Below are positions 14,249 to 28,359 of a DNA stretch of 64,000 nt, piece by piece. Under the pieces are notes generated by a model that was given only the letters and a program-made list of their open reading frames with translations, was not told the DNA's origin and made no database searches. The position numbers and the translations under genes are program-made. Source of the stretch: the human T2T-CHM13v2.0 reference genome, Homo sapiens; NCBI GenBank assembly GCA_009914755.4, contig CP086569.2, positions 28,896,001 to 28,960,000 of the forward strand, in the 5' to 3' direction. Each line of letters begins with the position of its first letter. Position 1 is the first letter of the stretch.

Positions 14249-17200
14249 CTGCCAGTCGATTGCATTGCATACTAGACCATTCCAAACGAGTCCATTCCAT
14301 TCTATTTCAACACTTTCCATTCCACTCTGTTCGAGTCCATTCCATTCCAGTCCATTTAATTCAAGGGCATTCCATTCCATTCCATTCCATTTCATATTAT
14401 TCCATTACATTCAATTCCATTCCAGATGATTCCATTCCGTTCTATACCATTGCTCTCTGTTCCATTCCATTCCATCTGTCTCCATTCCATTCGTTTCGAT
14501 TCCTTTCCATTCCATTCCATTATATTTGATCCTGTTTTATTAAATTGCATTCTATTCGAGTGATTTCCATTCGAGTCCTTTCCATTAGATTCCATTCCAT
14601 TCTATTCCATTCCTTTGGATTCCATTCCGTTCCGTTCCGTTCACATCAATTCCTTGTGATTCCATTACATTCGATTTCTTGCCATTCGATTCCATTCCTT
14701 TTGACTCCATTTCATTCGATTCCATTCCATTCCATTAATTTCCATTCCATTCGAGACCTTTCCATTGCAGTCTTTTCCCTTTGAGTCCATTCCGTTCGAT
14801 TCCCTTCCATTCGATTCCATTCCATTGGAGTCCGTACCAGTCGAGTCCATTCTATTCCAGTCCATTAGTATCGACTCCATCGCATTCGAGTTCATTCCAT
14901 TCCGTGGCTGTCCATTCCATTTCGTTTGATGCCATTCCATACGATTCCATTCAATTCGAGACCATTCTATTCCTGTCCATTCCTTGTGGTTCAATTCCAT
15001 TTCACTCTAGTCCATTCCATTCCATTGAATTCCATTCGACTCTATTCCGTTCCATTCAATTCCATTCCTTTCGATTCCATTTTTTTCGAGAACCTTCCAT
15101 TACACTCCCTTCCATTCCAGTGCATTCCATTCCAGTCTCTTCAGTTCGATTCCATTCCATTCGTTTCGATTCCATTCCATTCCAGCGCATTCCATTCCAT
15201 TCCATTGCTTTCCTTTCCGTTTCATTAGATTCCATTGCATTCGATTCCATTCAATTCAATTCCGTGCTATTCAATTTGATTCATTTCCATTTAATTCCAT
15301 TCCATTATATTCCATTCCTTTCGATTCCATTCCTTTCGAATCCATTCCATTGGAGTGCATTCACTTCCAGAACATTCCATTCCAGTCGAATCCATTCGAG
15401 TACTTTCCATTAATGTTCATTACATTCTAATACATTCCATTCCATTGCATTCCATTCCATTCCTTTCGATGCCATTCGATTCCATTCCATGCCAAATCAT
15501 TGCATTCCTTTCCATTCCGTTCCTATCAATTCCATTCCATTCGATTTAGTTCGATTCTATTCACTTCCATTCCATTCGATTCCATTCCATTGGAGTCAAT
15601 TCCTTTCGACACCCAGCCTTTCCAGTCAATGATTTTGGATTCCATTTTTTTGCATTCCATTACATTCTATGACATTCGATTCCGTTTCATTGCATTCCAT
15701 TCCATACATTTTTATTCCATTCGAGACCGTAGCATTCCACTTTATTCTAGGCCTGTCCATTACACTACATTCCCTTCCATTCCAATGAATTCCATTCCAT
15801 TCCAATCCATTCCTTTCCTTTCGCTTGCATTCCATTCTATTCTCTTCTACTGCATACAATTTCACTCCATTCGTTCCCATTCCATTCAATTCCATTCCAT
15901 TCAATTCCATTCCATTTGTTTCCATTCTCTTCGATTCCATTTCTTTATATTCCATGCCATTCGATTCCATTCTATTGGATTGCATTACATTCGTGTTCAT
16001 TCCATTCCAGACCATTCCATTTGACTCCATTCCTTTCGAGCCCTTTCAATTTGAGTCCATTCCTTTCCAGTCCATTTCACTCCAGTCCATTACTATCCAT
16101 TCCCTACCATTCCATCCCATTGCATTCCATTCCATTCCATTCCATTCCATTGCATTCCATTCCATTCCATTGCACTGCACTCCATTCCATTACATTCTAT
16201 TCTATTACAGTCGATTTTATTGCATTAGATTCTATTCCATTGGATTACTTTCCATTCGATTACATTCCATTCATGTATATTCCATTCCAGTCAATTACAT
16301 TCGAGTTCATTACGTTACATTCCAGTATATTCCATTGTATTCGATCCCATTCCTTTCAATTCCATTTCATTCGACTCCATTATATTCGATTCCATTCCAC
16401 CCGAATCCATTCCATTAGAGGACATTCCATTCCAATGCATTCCATTCCATTCCAAAGCATTCCATTGCATTCGATTCCATCCCATTTGATGCCATTCCGT
16501 TTGATGCCATTCCATGACATTCCATTCCATTCGAGTCCATTCCGTTCCAATTCATTCCATTCCGTTTCATGAAATTCGAGTCCTTTCCAGTACATTTCAT
16601 TCCAATCCCATCCAATCCAATCTACTCCATTCAATTCCTTTCCATTCCATTTGATTAGATTCCATTGATTTGATTCCATTCAGTTTGATTCCATTCCGTG
16701 AAATTTCGTTCCATTCTATTCCATTGCATTACTTTCCATTCAATTCCATTCCATTTCATTTCAGTCCATACGCTTCCTTTCCTTTCGATTCAATTCCATT
16801 TGATTCCACTCCATTCTATGCGATTTCATTCCAATCGATTCAATTCCATTCGATGACATTCCTTTCGTTTCCATTCCATTCGAGTCCATTCAATTTGAGC
16901 ATTCGTGTCCATTCTATTCGAGTCCATTCCATTACCGTCTATTCTATTCCCTTCCATTCCTGTTGATTCAATTTCATTCCCTTCCATTCGATTCCTTTCC
17001 ATTCGATTCCATTCCTTTCCATTCCATTCCATTCGCTCCCATTCCATGTGATTTCATTCCATTCCAGTCCATTATATTCGAGTCCACTCCACTCCATTCT
17101 ATTACATTCAATTCCTTTTGAGTCCGTTCCATAACACTCCATTCATTTCGATTCCATTTCTTGCCAGTTTTCTTCCATTTTATTCCATTCCGTTCGATTC

Positions 17201-17792
17201 CATTCCATTCGATTGCATTCCATTCGAATCCTTTCCATTCCATTTCATTCCATTCCTTTCTATTCCATTCCATTTCATTCGATTTGATTCCATTCTGTTC
17301 TATTCCATTCAATTCTTTTTCATTCCATTCGAATCCTTTCTATTGCAGTCCATTCCATTCGAGTCCATTCCAATCCCTTCCATTCCATTCCATTACAGTC
17401 CATTCCAATAGATTCCATTCCTTTGCCTTCCATTCGAATCCATTCCATTCTAGTCCATTCCATTTGAGTCAATTCCATTCCATTCCATTCTATTCCTTTC
17501 CAATCCATTCGATTCCATTCGATTCAATTCCGTTTGATTCTCTTTCATTCTATTTTATTCCATGCCATTTGATTGCATTGCATTCCATTCCGTTTGATTC
17601 CAGTCCATTCAAGAAAGTTCCATTCCAGTCCATTGCTTTTGAGTCCATTCCATTCCACTCTAGTCTATTCCACTCCATTCCTTTCCATTCCATTCCATAC
17701 TATTCCATTCCATTCCTTTGCATTCCGTTTCCACTCTATTCGAGTCCATTGCATTCCAGTCCAATCCATTCGATTACATTCCTTTTGATTCC
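14249..17792 (+). repeat. HOR unit u5 (3544 bp), near-identical tandem twin of u4, GGCC present
   Basis: Offset-3544 identity of all overlapping track ORFs with u4. Confidence 0.85.
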
Positions 17793-20700
17793 CTGCCAGT
17801 CGATTGCATTGCATACTAGACCATTCCAAAGGAGTCCATTCCATTCTATTTCAACACTTTCCATTCCACTCTGTTCAAGTCCAATCCATTCCAGTCCATT
17901 TAATTCAAGGGCATTCCATTCCATTCCATTCCATTTCATGTTATTCCATTCCATTCAATTCCATTCCAGATGATTCCATTCCATTCTATACCATTGCTCT
18001 CTGTTCCATTCCATTCCATCTGTCTCCATTCCTTTCGTTTCGATTCCTTTCCATTCCATTCCATTACATTTGATCCTATTTTATTAAATTGCATTCTATT
18101 CGAGTGATTTCCATTCGAGTCCTTTCCATTCGATTCCATTCCATTCTATTCCATTCCTTTGGATTCCATTCCATTCCGTTCCGTTCACATCAATTCCTTG
18201 CGATTCCATTACATTTGATATCTTGCCATTCGATTCCATTCCTTTTGACTCCATTTCATTCGATTCCATTCCATTCCATTAATTTCCATTCCATTCGAGA
18301 CCTTTCCATTGCAGTCTTTTCCCTTCGAGTCCATTCCGTTCGATTCCCTTGCATTCGATTCCATTCCATTGGAGTCCGTACCAGTCGAGTCCATTCTATT
18401 CCAGTCCATTAGTTTCGACTCCATTGCATTCGAGTGCATTCCATTCCGTGGCTGTCCATTCCATTCCGTTTGATGCCATTCCATACGATTCCATTCAATT
18501 CGAGACCATTCTATTGCTGTCCATTCCTTGTGGTTCGATTCCATTTCACTCTAGTCCATTCCATTCCATTCAATTCCATTCGACTCTATTCCGTTCCATT
18601 CAATTCCATTCCATTCGATTCCATTTTTGTCGAGAACCTTCTATTACACTCCCTTCCATTCCAGTGCATTCCATTCCAGTCTCTTCAGTTCGATTCCATT
18701 CCATACGTTTCGATTCCATTCCATTCCAGCCCATTCCATTCCATTCCATTCCTTTGCTTTCCGTTTCATTAGATTCCATTACATTCGATTCCATTCAATT
18801 CAATTCCGTGCTATTCAATTTGATTGATTTCCATTTAATTCCATTCCATTAGATTCCATTCCGTTCGATTCCATTCCTTTCGAATCCATTCCATTGGAGT
18901 CCATTCACTTCCAGAACATTCCATTCCAGTCGAATCCATTCGAGTACTTTCCATTAATGTTCATTACATTCTAATACATTCCATTCCATTGCATTCCATT
19001 CCATTCCATTCGATGCCATTCGATTCCATTCCTTGCCAAATCATTGCATTCCTTTCCTTTCCGTTCCTATCAATTCCATTCCATTTGATTTAGTTCGATT
19101 CTATTCACTTCCATTCCATTCGATTCCATTCCATTGGAGTCAATTCCTTTCGACACCCAGCCTTTCCAGTCAATGATTTTGGATTCCATTTTTTTGCATT
19201 CCATTACATTCTATGACATTCGATTCCGTTTCATTGCATTCCATTCCATACATTTTTATTCCATTCGAGACCGTAGCATTCCAGTTTATTCCAGGCTTGT
19301 CCATTACACTACATTCCCTTCCATTCCACTGAATTCCATTCCATTCCAATCCATTCCTTTCCTTTCGCTTGCATTCCATTCTATTCTCTTCTACTGCATA
19401 CAATTTCACTCCATTCGTTCCCATTCCATTCAATTCCATTCCATTCAATTCCATTCCATTTGTTTCCATTCTCTTCGATTCCATTTCTTTATATTCCATG
19501 CCATTCGATTCCATTCTATTGGATTGCATTACATTCGTGTTCATTCCATTCCAGACCATTCCATTTGACTCCATTCCTTTCGAGCCCTTTCAATTTGAGT
19601 CCATTCCTTTCCAGTCCATTTCACTCCAGTCCATTACTATCCATTCCCTACCATTCCATCCCATTGCATTCCATTCCATTCCAATCCATTCCATTGCATT
19701 CCATTCCATTCCATTGCACTGCACTCCATTCCATTACATTCTATTCTATTACAGTCGATTTTATTGCATTAGATTCTATTCCATTGGATTACTTTCCATT
19801 CGATTACATTCCATTCATGTACATTCCATTCCAGTCAATTACATTCGAGTTCATTACGTTACATTCCAGTATATTCCATTGTATTCGATCCCATTCCTTT
19901 CAATTCCATTTCATTCGACTCCATTATATTCGATTCCATTCCACCCGAATCCATTCCATTAGAGGACATTCCATTCCAATGCATTCCATTCCATTCCAAA
20001 GCATTCCATTGCATTCGATTCCATCCCATTTGATGCCATTCCGTTTGATGCCATTCCATGACATTCCATTCCATTCGAGTCCATTCCGTTCCAATTCATT
20101 CCATTCCGTTTCATGAAATTCGAGTCCTTTCCAGTACATTTCATTCCAATCCCATCCAATCCAATCTACTCCATTCCATTCCTTTCCATTCCATTTGATT
20201 ATATTCCATTGATTTGATTCCATTCAGTTTGATTCCATTCCGTGAAATTTCGTTCCATTCTATTCCATTGCATTACTTTCCATTCAATTCCATTCCATTT
20301 CATTTCAGTCCATACGCTTCCTTTCCTTTCGATTCAATTCCATTTGATTCCACTCCATTCTATGCGATTTCATTCCAATCGATTCAATTCCATTCGATGA
20401 CATTCCTTTCGTTTCCATTCCATTCGAGTCCATTCAATTTGAGCATTCGTGTCCATTCTATTCGAGTCCATTCCATTACCGTCTATTCTATTCCCTTCCA
20501 TTCCTGTTGATTCAATTTCATTCCCTTCCATTCGATTCCTTTCCATTCGATTCCATTCCTTTCCATTCCATTCCATTCGCTTCCATTCCATGTGATTTCA
20601 TTCCATTCCAGTCCATTATATTCGAGTCCACTCCACTCCATTCTATTACATTCAATTCCTTTTGAGTCCGTTCCATAACACTCCATTCATTTCGATTCCA

Positions 20701-21311
20701 TTTCTTGCCAGTTTTCTTCCATTTTATTCCATTCCGTTCGATTCCATTCCATTCGATTGCATTCCATTCGAATCCTTTCCATTCCATTTCATTCCATTCC
20801 TTACTATTCCATTCCATTTCATTCGATTTGATTCCATTCTGTTCTATTCCATTCAATTCTTTTTCATTCCATTCGAATCCTTTCTATTGCAGTCCATTCC
20901 ATTCGAGTCCATTCCAATCCCTTCCATTCCATTCCATTACAGTCCATTCCAATAGATTCCATTCCTTTGCCTTCCATTCGAATCCATTCCATTCTAGTCC
21001 ATTCCATTTGAGTCAATTCCATTCCATTCCATTCTATTCCTTTCCAATCCATTCGATTCCATTCGATTCAATTCCATTTGATTCTCTTTCATTCTATTTT
21101 ATTCCATGCCATTTGATTGCATTGCATTCCATTCCGTTTGATTCCAGTCCATTGCTTTTGAGTCCATTCCATTCCACTCTAGTCTATTCCACTCCATTCC
21201 TTTCCATTCCATTCCATACTATTCCATTCCATTCCTTTGCATTCCGTTTCCACTCTATTCGAGTCCATTGCATTCCAGTCCAATCCATTCGATTACATTC
21301 CTTTTGATACC
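17793..21311 (+). repeat. HOR unit u6 (3519 bp), derived type. HaeIII site lost (ccaggcttgtcc at about 19300). Carries a 25 bp deletion (tccagtccat[tcaagaaagttccattccagtccat]tgctttt) at about 21131
   Basis: Anchor spacing. The 200 aa ORF 20705-21307 stands in place of the 270 aa paralogues. GGCT is read directly. Confidence 0.85.
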
Positions 21312-24300
21312 CTGCCAGTCGATTGCATTGCATACTAGACCATTCCAAAGGAGTCCATTCCATTCTATTTCACCACTTTCCATTCCACTCTGTTCAAGTC
21401 CAATCCATTCCAGTCCATTTAATTCAAGGGCATTCCATTCCATTCCATTCCATTTCATGTTATTCCATTCCATTCAATTCCATTCCAGATGATTCCATTC
21501 CATTCTATACCATTGCTCTCTGTTCCATTCCATTCCATCTGTCTCCATTCCTTTCGTTTCGATTCCTTTCCATTCCATTCCATTACATTTGATCCTATTT
21601 TATTAAATTGCATTCTATTCGAGTGATTTCCATTCGAGTCCTTTCCATTCGATTCCATTCCATTCTATTCCATTCCTTTGGATTCCATTCCATTCCTTTC
21701 CGTTCACATCAATTCCTTGCGATTCCATTACATTGGATATCTTGCCATTCGATTCCATTCCTTTTGACTCCATTTCATTCGATTCCATTCCATTCCATTA
21801 ATTTCCATTCCATTCGAGACCTTTCCATTGCAGTCTTTTCCCTTCGAGTCCATTCCGTTCGATTCCCTTGCATTCGATTCCATTCCATTGGAGTCCGTAC
21901 CAGTAGAGTCCATTCTATTCCAGTCCATTAGTTTCGACTCCATTGCATTCGAGTGCATTCCATTCCGTGGCTGTCCATTCCATTCCGTTTGATGCCATTC
22001 CATACGATTCCATTCAATTCGAGACCATTCTATTGCTGTCCATTCCTTGTGGTTCGATTCCATTTCACTCTAGTCCATTCCATTCCATTCAATTCCATTC
22101 GACTCTATTCCGTTCCATTCAATTCCATTCCATTCGATTCCATTTTGGTCGAGAACCTTCTATTACACTCCCTTCCATTCCAGTGCATTCCATTCCAGTC
22201 TCTTCAGTTCGATTCCATTCCATACGTTTCGATTCCATTCCATTCCAGCCCATTCCATTCCATTCCATTCCTTTGCTTTCCGTTTCATTAGATTCCATTG
22301 CATTCGATTCCATTCAATTCAATTCCGTGCTATTCAATTTGATTGATTTCCATTTAATTCCATTCCATTAGATTCCATTCCGTTCGATTCCATTCCTTTC
22401 GAATCCATTCCATTGGAGTCCATTCACTTCCAGAACATTCCATTCCAGTCGAATCCATTCGAGTACTTTCCATTAATGTTCATTACATTCTAATACATTC
22501 CATTCCATTGCATTCCATTCCATTCCATTCGATGCCATTCGATTCCATTCCTTGCCAAATCATTGCATTCCTTTCCTTTCCGTTCCTATCAATTCCATTC
22601 CATTTGATTTAGTTCGATTCTATTCACTTCCATTCCATTCGATTCCATTCCATTGGAGTCAATTCCTTTCGACACCCAGCCTTTCCAGTCAATGATTTTG
22701 GATTCCATTTTTTTGCATTCCATTACATTCTATGACATTCGATTCCGTTTCATTGCATTCCATTCCATACATTTTTATTCCATTCGAGACCGTAGATTTC
22801 CAGTTTATTCCAGGCTTGTCCATTACACTACATTCCCTTCCATTCCACTGAATTCCATTCCATTCCAATCCATTCCTTTCCTTTCGCTTGCATTCCATTC
22901 TATTCTCTTCTACTGCATACAATTTCACTCCATTCGTTCCCATTCCATTCAATTCCATTCCATTCAATTCCATTCCATTTGTTTCCATTCTCTTCGATTC
23001 CATTTCTTTATATTCCATGCCATTCGATTCCATTCTATTGGATTGCATTACATTCGTGTTCATTCCATTCCAGACCATTCCATTTGACTCCATTCCTTTC
23101 GAGCCCTTTCAATTTGAGTCCATTCCTTTCCAGTCCATTACTATCCATTCCCTACCATTCCATCCCATTGCATTCCATTCCATTCCAATCCATTCCATTG
23201 CATTCCATTCCATTCCATTGCACTGCACTCCATTCCATTACATTCTATTCTATTACAGTCGATTTTATTGCATTAGATTCTATTCCATTGGATTACTTTC
23301 CATTCGATTACATTCCATTCATGTACATTCCATTCCAGTCAATTACATTCGAGTTCATTACGTTACATTCCAGTATATTCCATTGTATTCGATCCCATTC
23401 CTTTCAATTCCATTTCATTCGACTCCATTATATTCGATTCCATTCCACCCGAATCCATTCCATTAGAGGACATTCCATTCCAATGCATTCCATTCCATTC
23501 CAAAGCATTCCATTGCATTCGATTCCATCCCATTTGATGCCATTCCGTTTGATGCCATTCCATGACATTCCATTCCATTCGAGTCCATTCCGTTCCAATT
23601 CATTCCATTCCGTTTCATGAAATTCGAGTCCTTTCCAGTACATTTCATTCCAATCCCATCCAATCCAATCTACTCCATTCAATTCCTTTCCATTCCATTT
23701 GATTATATTCCATTGATTTGATTCCATTCAGTTTGATTCCATTCCGTGAAATTTCGTTCCATTCTATTCCATTGCATTACTTTCCATTCAATTCCATTCC
23801 ATTTCATTTCAGTCCATACGCTTCCTTTCCTTTCGATTCAATTCCATTTGATTCCACTCCATTCTATGCGATTTCATTCCAATCGATTCAATTCCATTCG
23901 ATGACATTCCTTTCGTTTCCATTCCATTCGAGTCCATTCAATTTGAGCATTCGTGTCCATTCTATTCGAGTCCATTCCATTACCGTCTATTCTATTCCCT
24001 TCCATTCCTGTTGATTCAATTTCATTCCCTTCCATTCGATTCCTTTCCATTCGATTCCATTCCTTTCCATTCCATTCCATTCGCTCCCATTCCATGTGAT
24101 TTCATTCCATTCCAGTCCATTATATTCGAGTCCACTCCACTCCATTCTATTACATTCAATTCCTTTTGAGTCCGTTCCATAACACTCCATTCATTTCGAT
24201 TCCATTTCTTGCCAGTTTTCTTCCATTTTATTCCATTCCGTTCGATTCCATTCCATTCGATTGCATTCCATTCGAATCCTTTCCATTCCATTTCATTCCA

Positions 24301-24840
24301 TTCCTTTCTATTCCATTCCATTTCATTCGATTTGATTCCATTCTGTTCTATTCCATTCAATTCTTTTTCATTCCATTCGAATCCTTTCTATTGCAGTCCA
24401 TTCCATTCGAGTCCATTCCAATCCCTTCCATTCCATTCCATTACAGTCCATTCCAATAGATTCCATTCCTTTGCCTTCCATTCGAATCCATTCCATTCTA
24501 GTCCATTCCATTTGAGTCAATTCCATTCCATTCCATTCTATTCCTTTCCAATCCATTCGATTCCATTCGATTCAATTCCGTTTGATTCTCTTTCATTCTA
24601 TTTTATTCCATGCCATTTGATTGCATTGCATTCCATTCCGTTTGATTCCAGTCCATTCAAGAAAGTTCCATTCCAGTCCATTGCTTTTGAGTCCATTCCA
24701 TTCCACTCTAGTCTATTCCACTCCATTCCTTTCCATTCCATTCCATACTATTCCATTCCATTCCTTTGCATTCCGTTTCCACTCTATTCGAGTCCATTGC
24801 ATTCCAGTCCAATCCATTCGATTACATTCCTTTTGATTCC
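21312..24840 (+). repeat. HOR unit u7 (3529 bp), derived type. HaeIII site lost. Has a 15 bp deletion (tttcactccagtcca) at about 23120. Its anchor is variant ataccctgcc
   Basis: Anchor spacing. The 213 aa ORF 22979-23620 stands against the 218 aa paralogues. ggcttg at about 22812. Confidence 0.85.
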
Positions 24841-27800
24841 CTGCCAGTCGATTGCATTGCATACTAGACCATTCCAAAGGAGTCCATTCCATTCTATTTC
24901 AACACTTTCCATTCCACTCTGTTCAAGTCCAATCCATTCCAGTCCATTTAATTCAAGGGCATTCCATTCCATTCCATTCCATTTCATGTTATTCCATTCC
25001 ATTCAATTCCATTCCAGATGATTCCATTCCATTCTATACCATTGCTCTCTGTTCCATTCCATTCCATCTGTCTCCATTCCTTTCGTTTCGATTCCTTTCC
25101 ATTCCATTCCATTACATTTGATCCTATTTTATTAAATTGCATTCTATTCGAGTGATTTCCATTCGAGTCCTTTCCATTCGATTCCATTCCATTCTATTCC
25201 ATTCCTTTGGATTCCATTCCATTCCTTTCCGTTCACATCAATTCCTTGCGATTCCATTACATTGGATATCTTGCCATTCGATTCCATTCCTTTTGACTCC
25301 ATTTCATTCGATTCCATTCCATTCCATTAATTTCCATTCCATTCGAGACCTTTCCATTGCAGTCTTTTCCCTTCGAGTCCATTCCGTTCGATTCCCTTGC
25401 ATTCGATTCCATTCCATTGGAGTCCGTACCAGTCGAGTCCATTCTATTCCAGTCCATTAGTTTCGACTCCATTGCATTCGAGTGCATTCCATTCCGTGGC
25501 TGTCCATTCCATTCCGTTTGATGCCATTCCATACGATTCCATTCAATTCGAGACCATTCTATTGCTGTCCATTCCTTGTGGTTCGATTCCATTTCACTCT
25601 AGTCCATTCCATTCCATTCAATTCCATTCGACTCTATTCCGTTCCATTCAATTCCATTCCATTCGATTCCATTTTTGTCGAGAACCTTCTATTACACTCC
25701 CTTCCATTCCAGTGCATTCCATTCCAGTCTCTTCAGTTCGATTCCATTCCATACGTTTCGATTCCATTCCATTCCAGCCCATTCCATTCCATTCCATTCC
25801 TTTGCTTTCCGTTTCATTAGATTCCATTGCATTCGATTCCATTCAATTCAATTCCGTGCTATTCAATTTGATTGATTTCCATTTAATTCCATTCCATTAG
25901 ATTCCATTCCGTTCGATTCCATTCCTTTCGAATCCATTCCATTGGAGTCCATTCACTTCCAGAACATTCCATTCCAGTCGAATCCATTCGAGTACTTTCC
26001 ATTAATGTTCATTACATTCTAATACATTCCATTCCATTGCATTCCATTCCATTCCATTCGATGCCATTCGATTCCATTCCTTGCCAAATCATTGCATTCC
26101 TTTCCTTTCCGTTCCTATCAATTCCATTCCATTTGATTTAGTTCGATTCTATTCACTTCCATTCCATTCGATTCCATTCCATTGGAGTCAATTCCTTTCG
26201 ACACCCAGCCTTTCCAGTCAATGATTTTGGATTCCATTTTTTTGCATTCCATTACATTCTATGACATTCGATTCCGTTTCATTGCATTCCATTCCATACA
26301 TTTTTATTCCATTCGAGACCGTAGCATTCCAGTTTATTCCAGGCTTGTCCATTACACTACATTCCCTTCCATTCCACTGAATTCCATTCCATTCCTATCC
26401 ATTCCTTTCCTTTCGCTTGCATTCCATTCTATTCTCTTCTACTGCATACAATTTCACTCCATTCGTTCCCATTCCATTCAATTCCATTCCATTCAATTCC
26501 ATTCCATTTGTTTCCATTCTCTTCGATTCCATTTCTTTATATTCCATGCCATTCGATTCCATTCTATTGGATTGCATTACATTCGTGTTCATTCCATTCC
26601 AGACCATTCCATTTGACTCCATTCCTTTCGAGCCCTTTCAATTTGAGTCCATTCCTTTCCAGTCCATTTCACTCCAGTCCATTACTATCCATTCCCTACC
26701 ATTCCATCCCATTGCATTCCATTCCATTCCAATCCATTCCATTGCATTCCATTCCATTCCATTGCACTGCACTCCATTCCATTACATTCTATTCTATTAC
26801 AGTCGATTTTATTGCATTAGATTCTATTCCATTGGATTACTTTCCATTCGATTACATTCCATTCATGTACATTCCATTCCAGTCAATTACATTCGAGTTC
26901 ATTACGTTACATTCCAGTATATTCCATTGTATTCGATCCCATTCCTTTCAATTCCATTTCATTCGACTCCATTATATTCGATTCCATTCCACCCGAATCC
27001 ATTCCATTAGAGGACATTCCATTCCAATGCATTCCATTCCATTCCAAAGCATTCCATTGCATTCGATTCCATCCCATTTGATGCCATTCCGTTTGATGCC
27101 ATTCCATGACATTCCATTCCATTCGAGTCCATTCCGTTCCAATTCATTCCATTCCGTTTCATGAAATTCGAGTCCTTTCCAGTACATTTCATTCCAATCC
27201 CATCCAATCCAATCTACTCCATTCAATTCCTTTCCATTCCATTTGATTATATTCCATTGATTTGATTCCATTCAGTTTGATTCCATTCCGTGAAATTTCG
27301 TTCCATTCTATTCCATTGCATTACTTTCCATTCAATTCCATTCCATTTCATTTCAGTCCATACGCTTCCTTTCCTTTCGATTCAATTCCATTTGATTCCA
27401 CTCCATTCTATGCGATTTCATTCCAATCGATTCAATTCCATTCGATGACATTCCTTTCGTTTCCATTCCATTCGAGTCCATTCAATTTGAGCATTCGTGT
27501 CCATTCTATTCGAGTCCATTCCATTACCGTCTATTCTATTCCCTTCCATTCCTGTTGATTCAATTTCATTCCCTTCCATTCGATTCCTTTCCATTCGATT
27601 CCATTCCTTTCCATTCCATTCCATTCGCTCCCATTCCATGTGATTTCATTCCATTCCAGTCCATTATATTCGAGTCCACTCCACTCCATTCTATTACATT
27701 CAATTCCTTTTGAGTCCGTTCCATAACACTCCATTCATTTCGATTCCATTTCTTGCCAGTTTTCTTCCATTTTATTCCATTCCGTTCGATTCCATTCCAT

Positions 27801-28359
27801 TCGATTGCATTCCATTCGAATCCTTTCCATTCCATTTCATTCCATTCCTTTCTATTCCATTCCATTTCATTCGATTTGATTCCATTCTGTTCTATTCCAT
27901 TCAATTCTTTTTCATTCCATTCGAATCCTTTCTATTGCAGTCCATTCCATTCGAGTCCATTCCAATCCCTTCCATTCCATTCCATTACAGTCCATTCCAA
28001 TAGATTCCATTCCTTTGCCTTCCATTCGAATCCATTCCATTCTAGTCCATTCCATTTGAGTCAATTCCATTCCATTCCATTCTATTCCTTTCCAATCCAT
28101 TCGATTCCATTCGATTCAATTCCGTTTGATTCTCTTTCATTCTATTTTATTCCATGCCATTTGATTGCATTGCATTCCATTCCGTTTGATTCCAGTCCAT
28201 TGCTTTTGAGTCCATTCCATTCCACTCTAGTCTATTCCACTCCATTCCTTTCCATTCCATTCCATACTATTCCATTCCATTCCTTTGCATTCCGTTTCCA
28301 CTCTATTCGAGTCCATTGCATTCCAGTCCAATCCATTCGATTACATTCCTTTTGATACC
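24841..28359 (+). repeat. HOR unit u8 (3519 bp), near-identical to u6 (offset 7048). HaeIII site lost. 25 bp deletion at about 28190
   Basis: Track ORFs match at offset 7048 with single-residue differences. ggcttg at about 26342. Confidence 0.85.

Larger units (their letters stand above)
17793..24840 (+). repeat. Copy 1 of a 7,048 bp dimeric super-repeat (u6 plus u7)
   Basis: Anchors 17793->24841 and 21312->28360 are both exactly 7048 apart. Track ORFs match at offset 7048 (for example 18349-18852 against 25397-25900 differ by one residue). Confidence 0.8.
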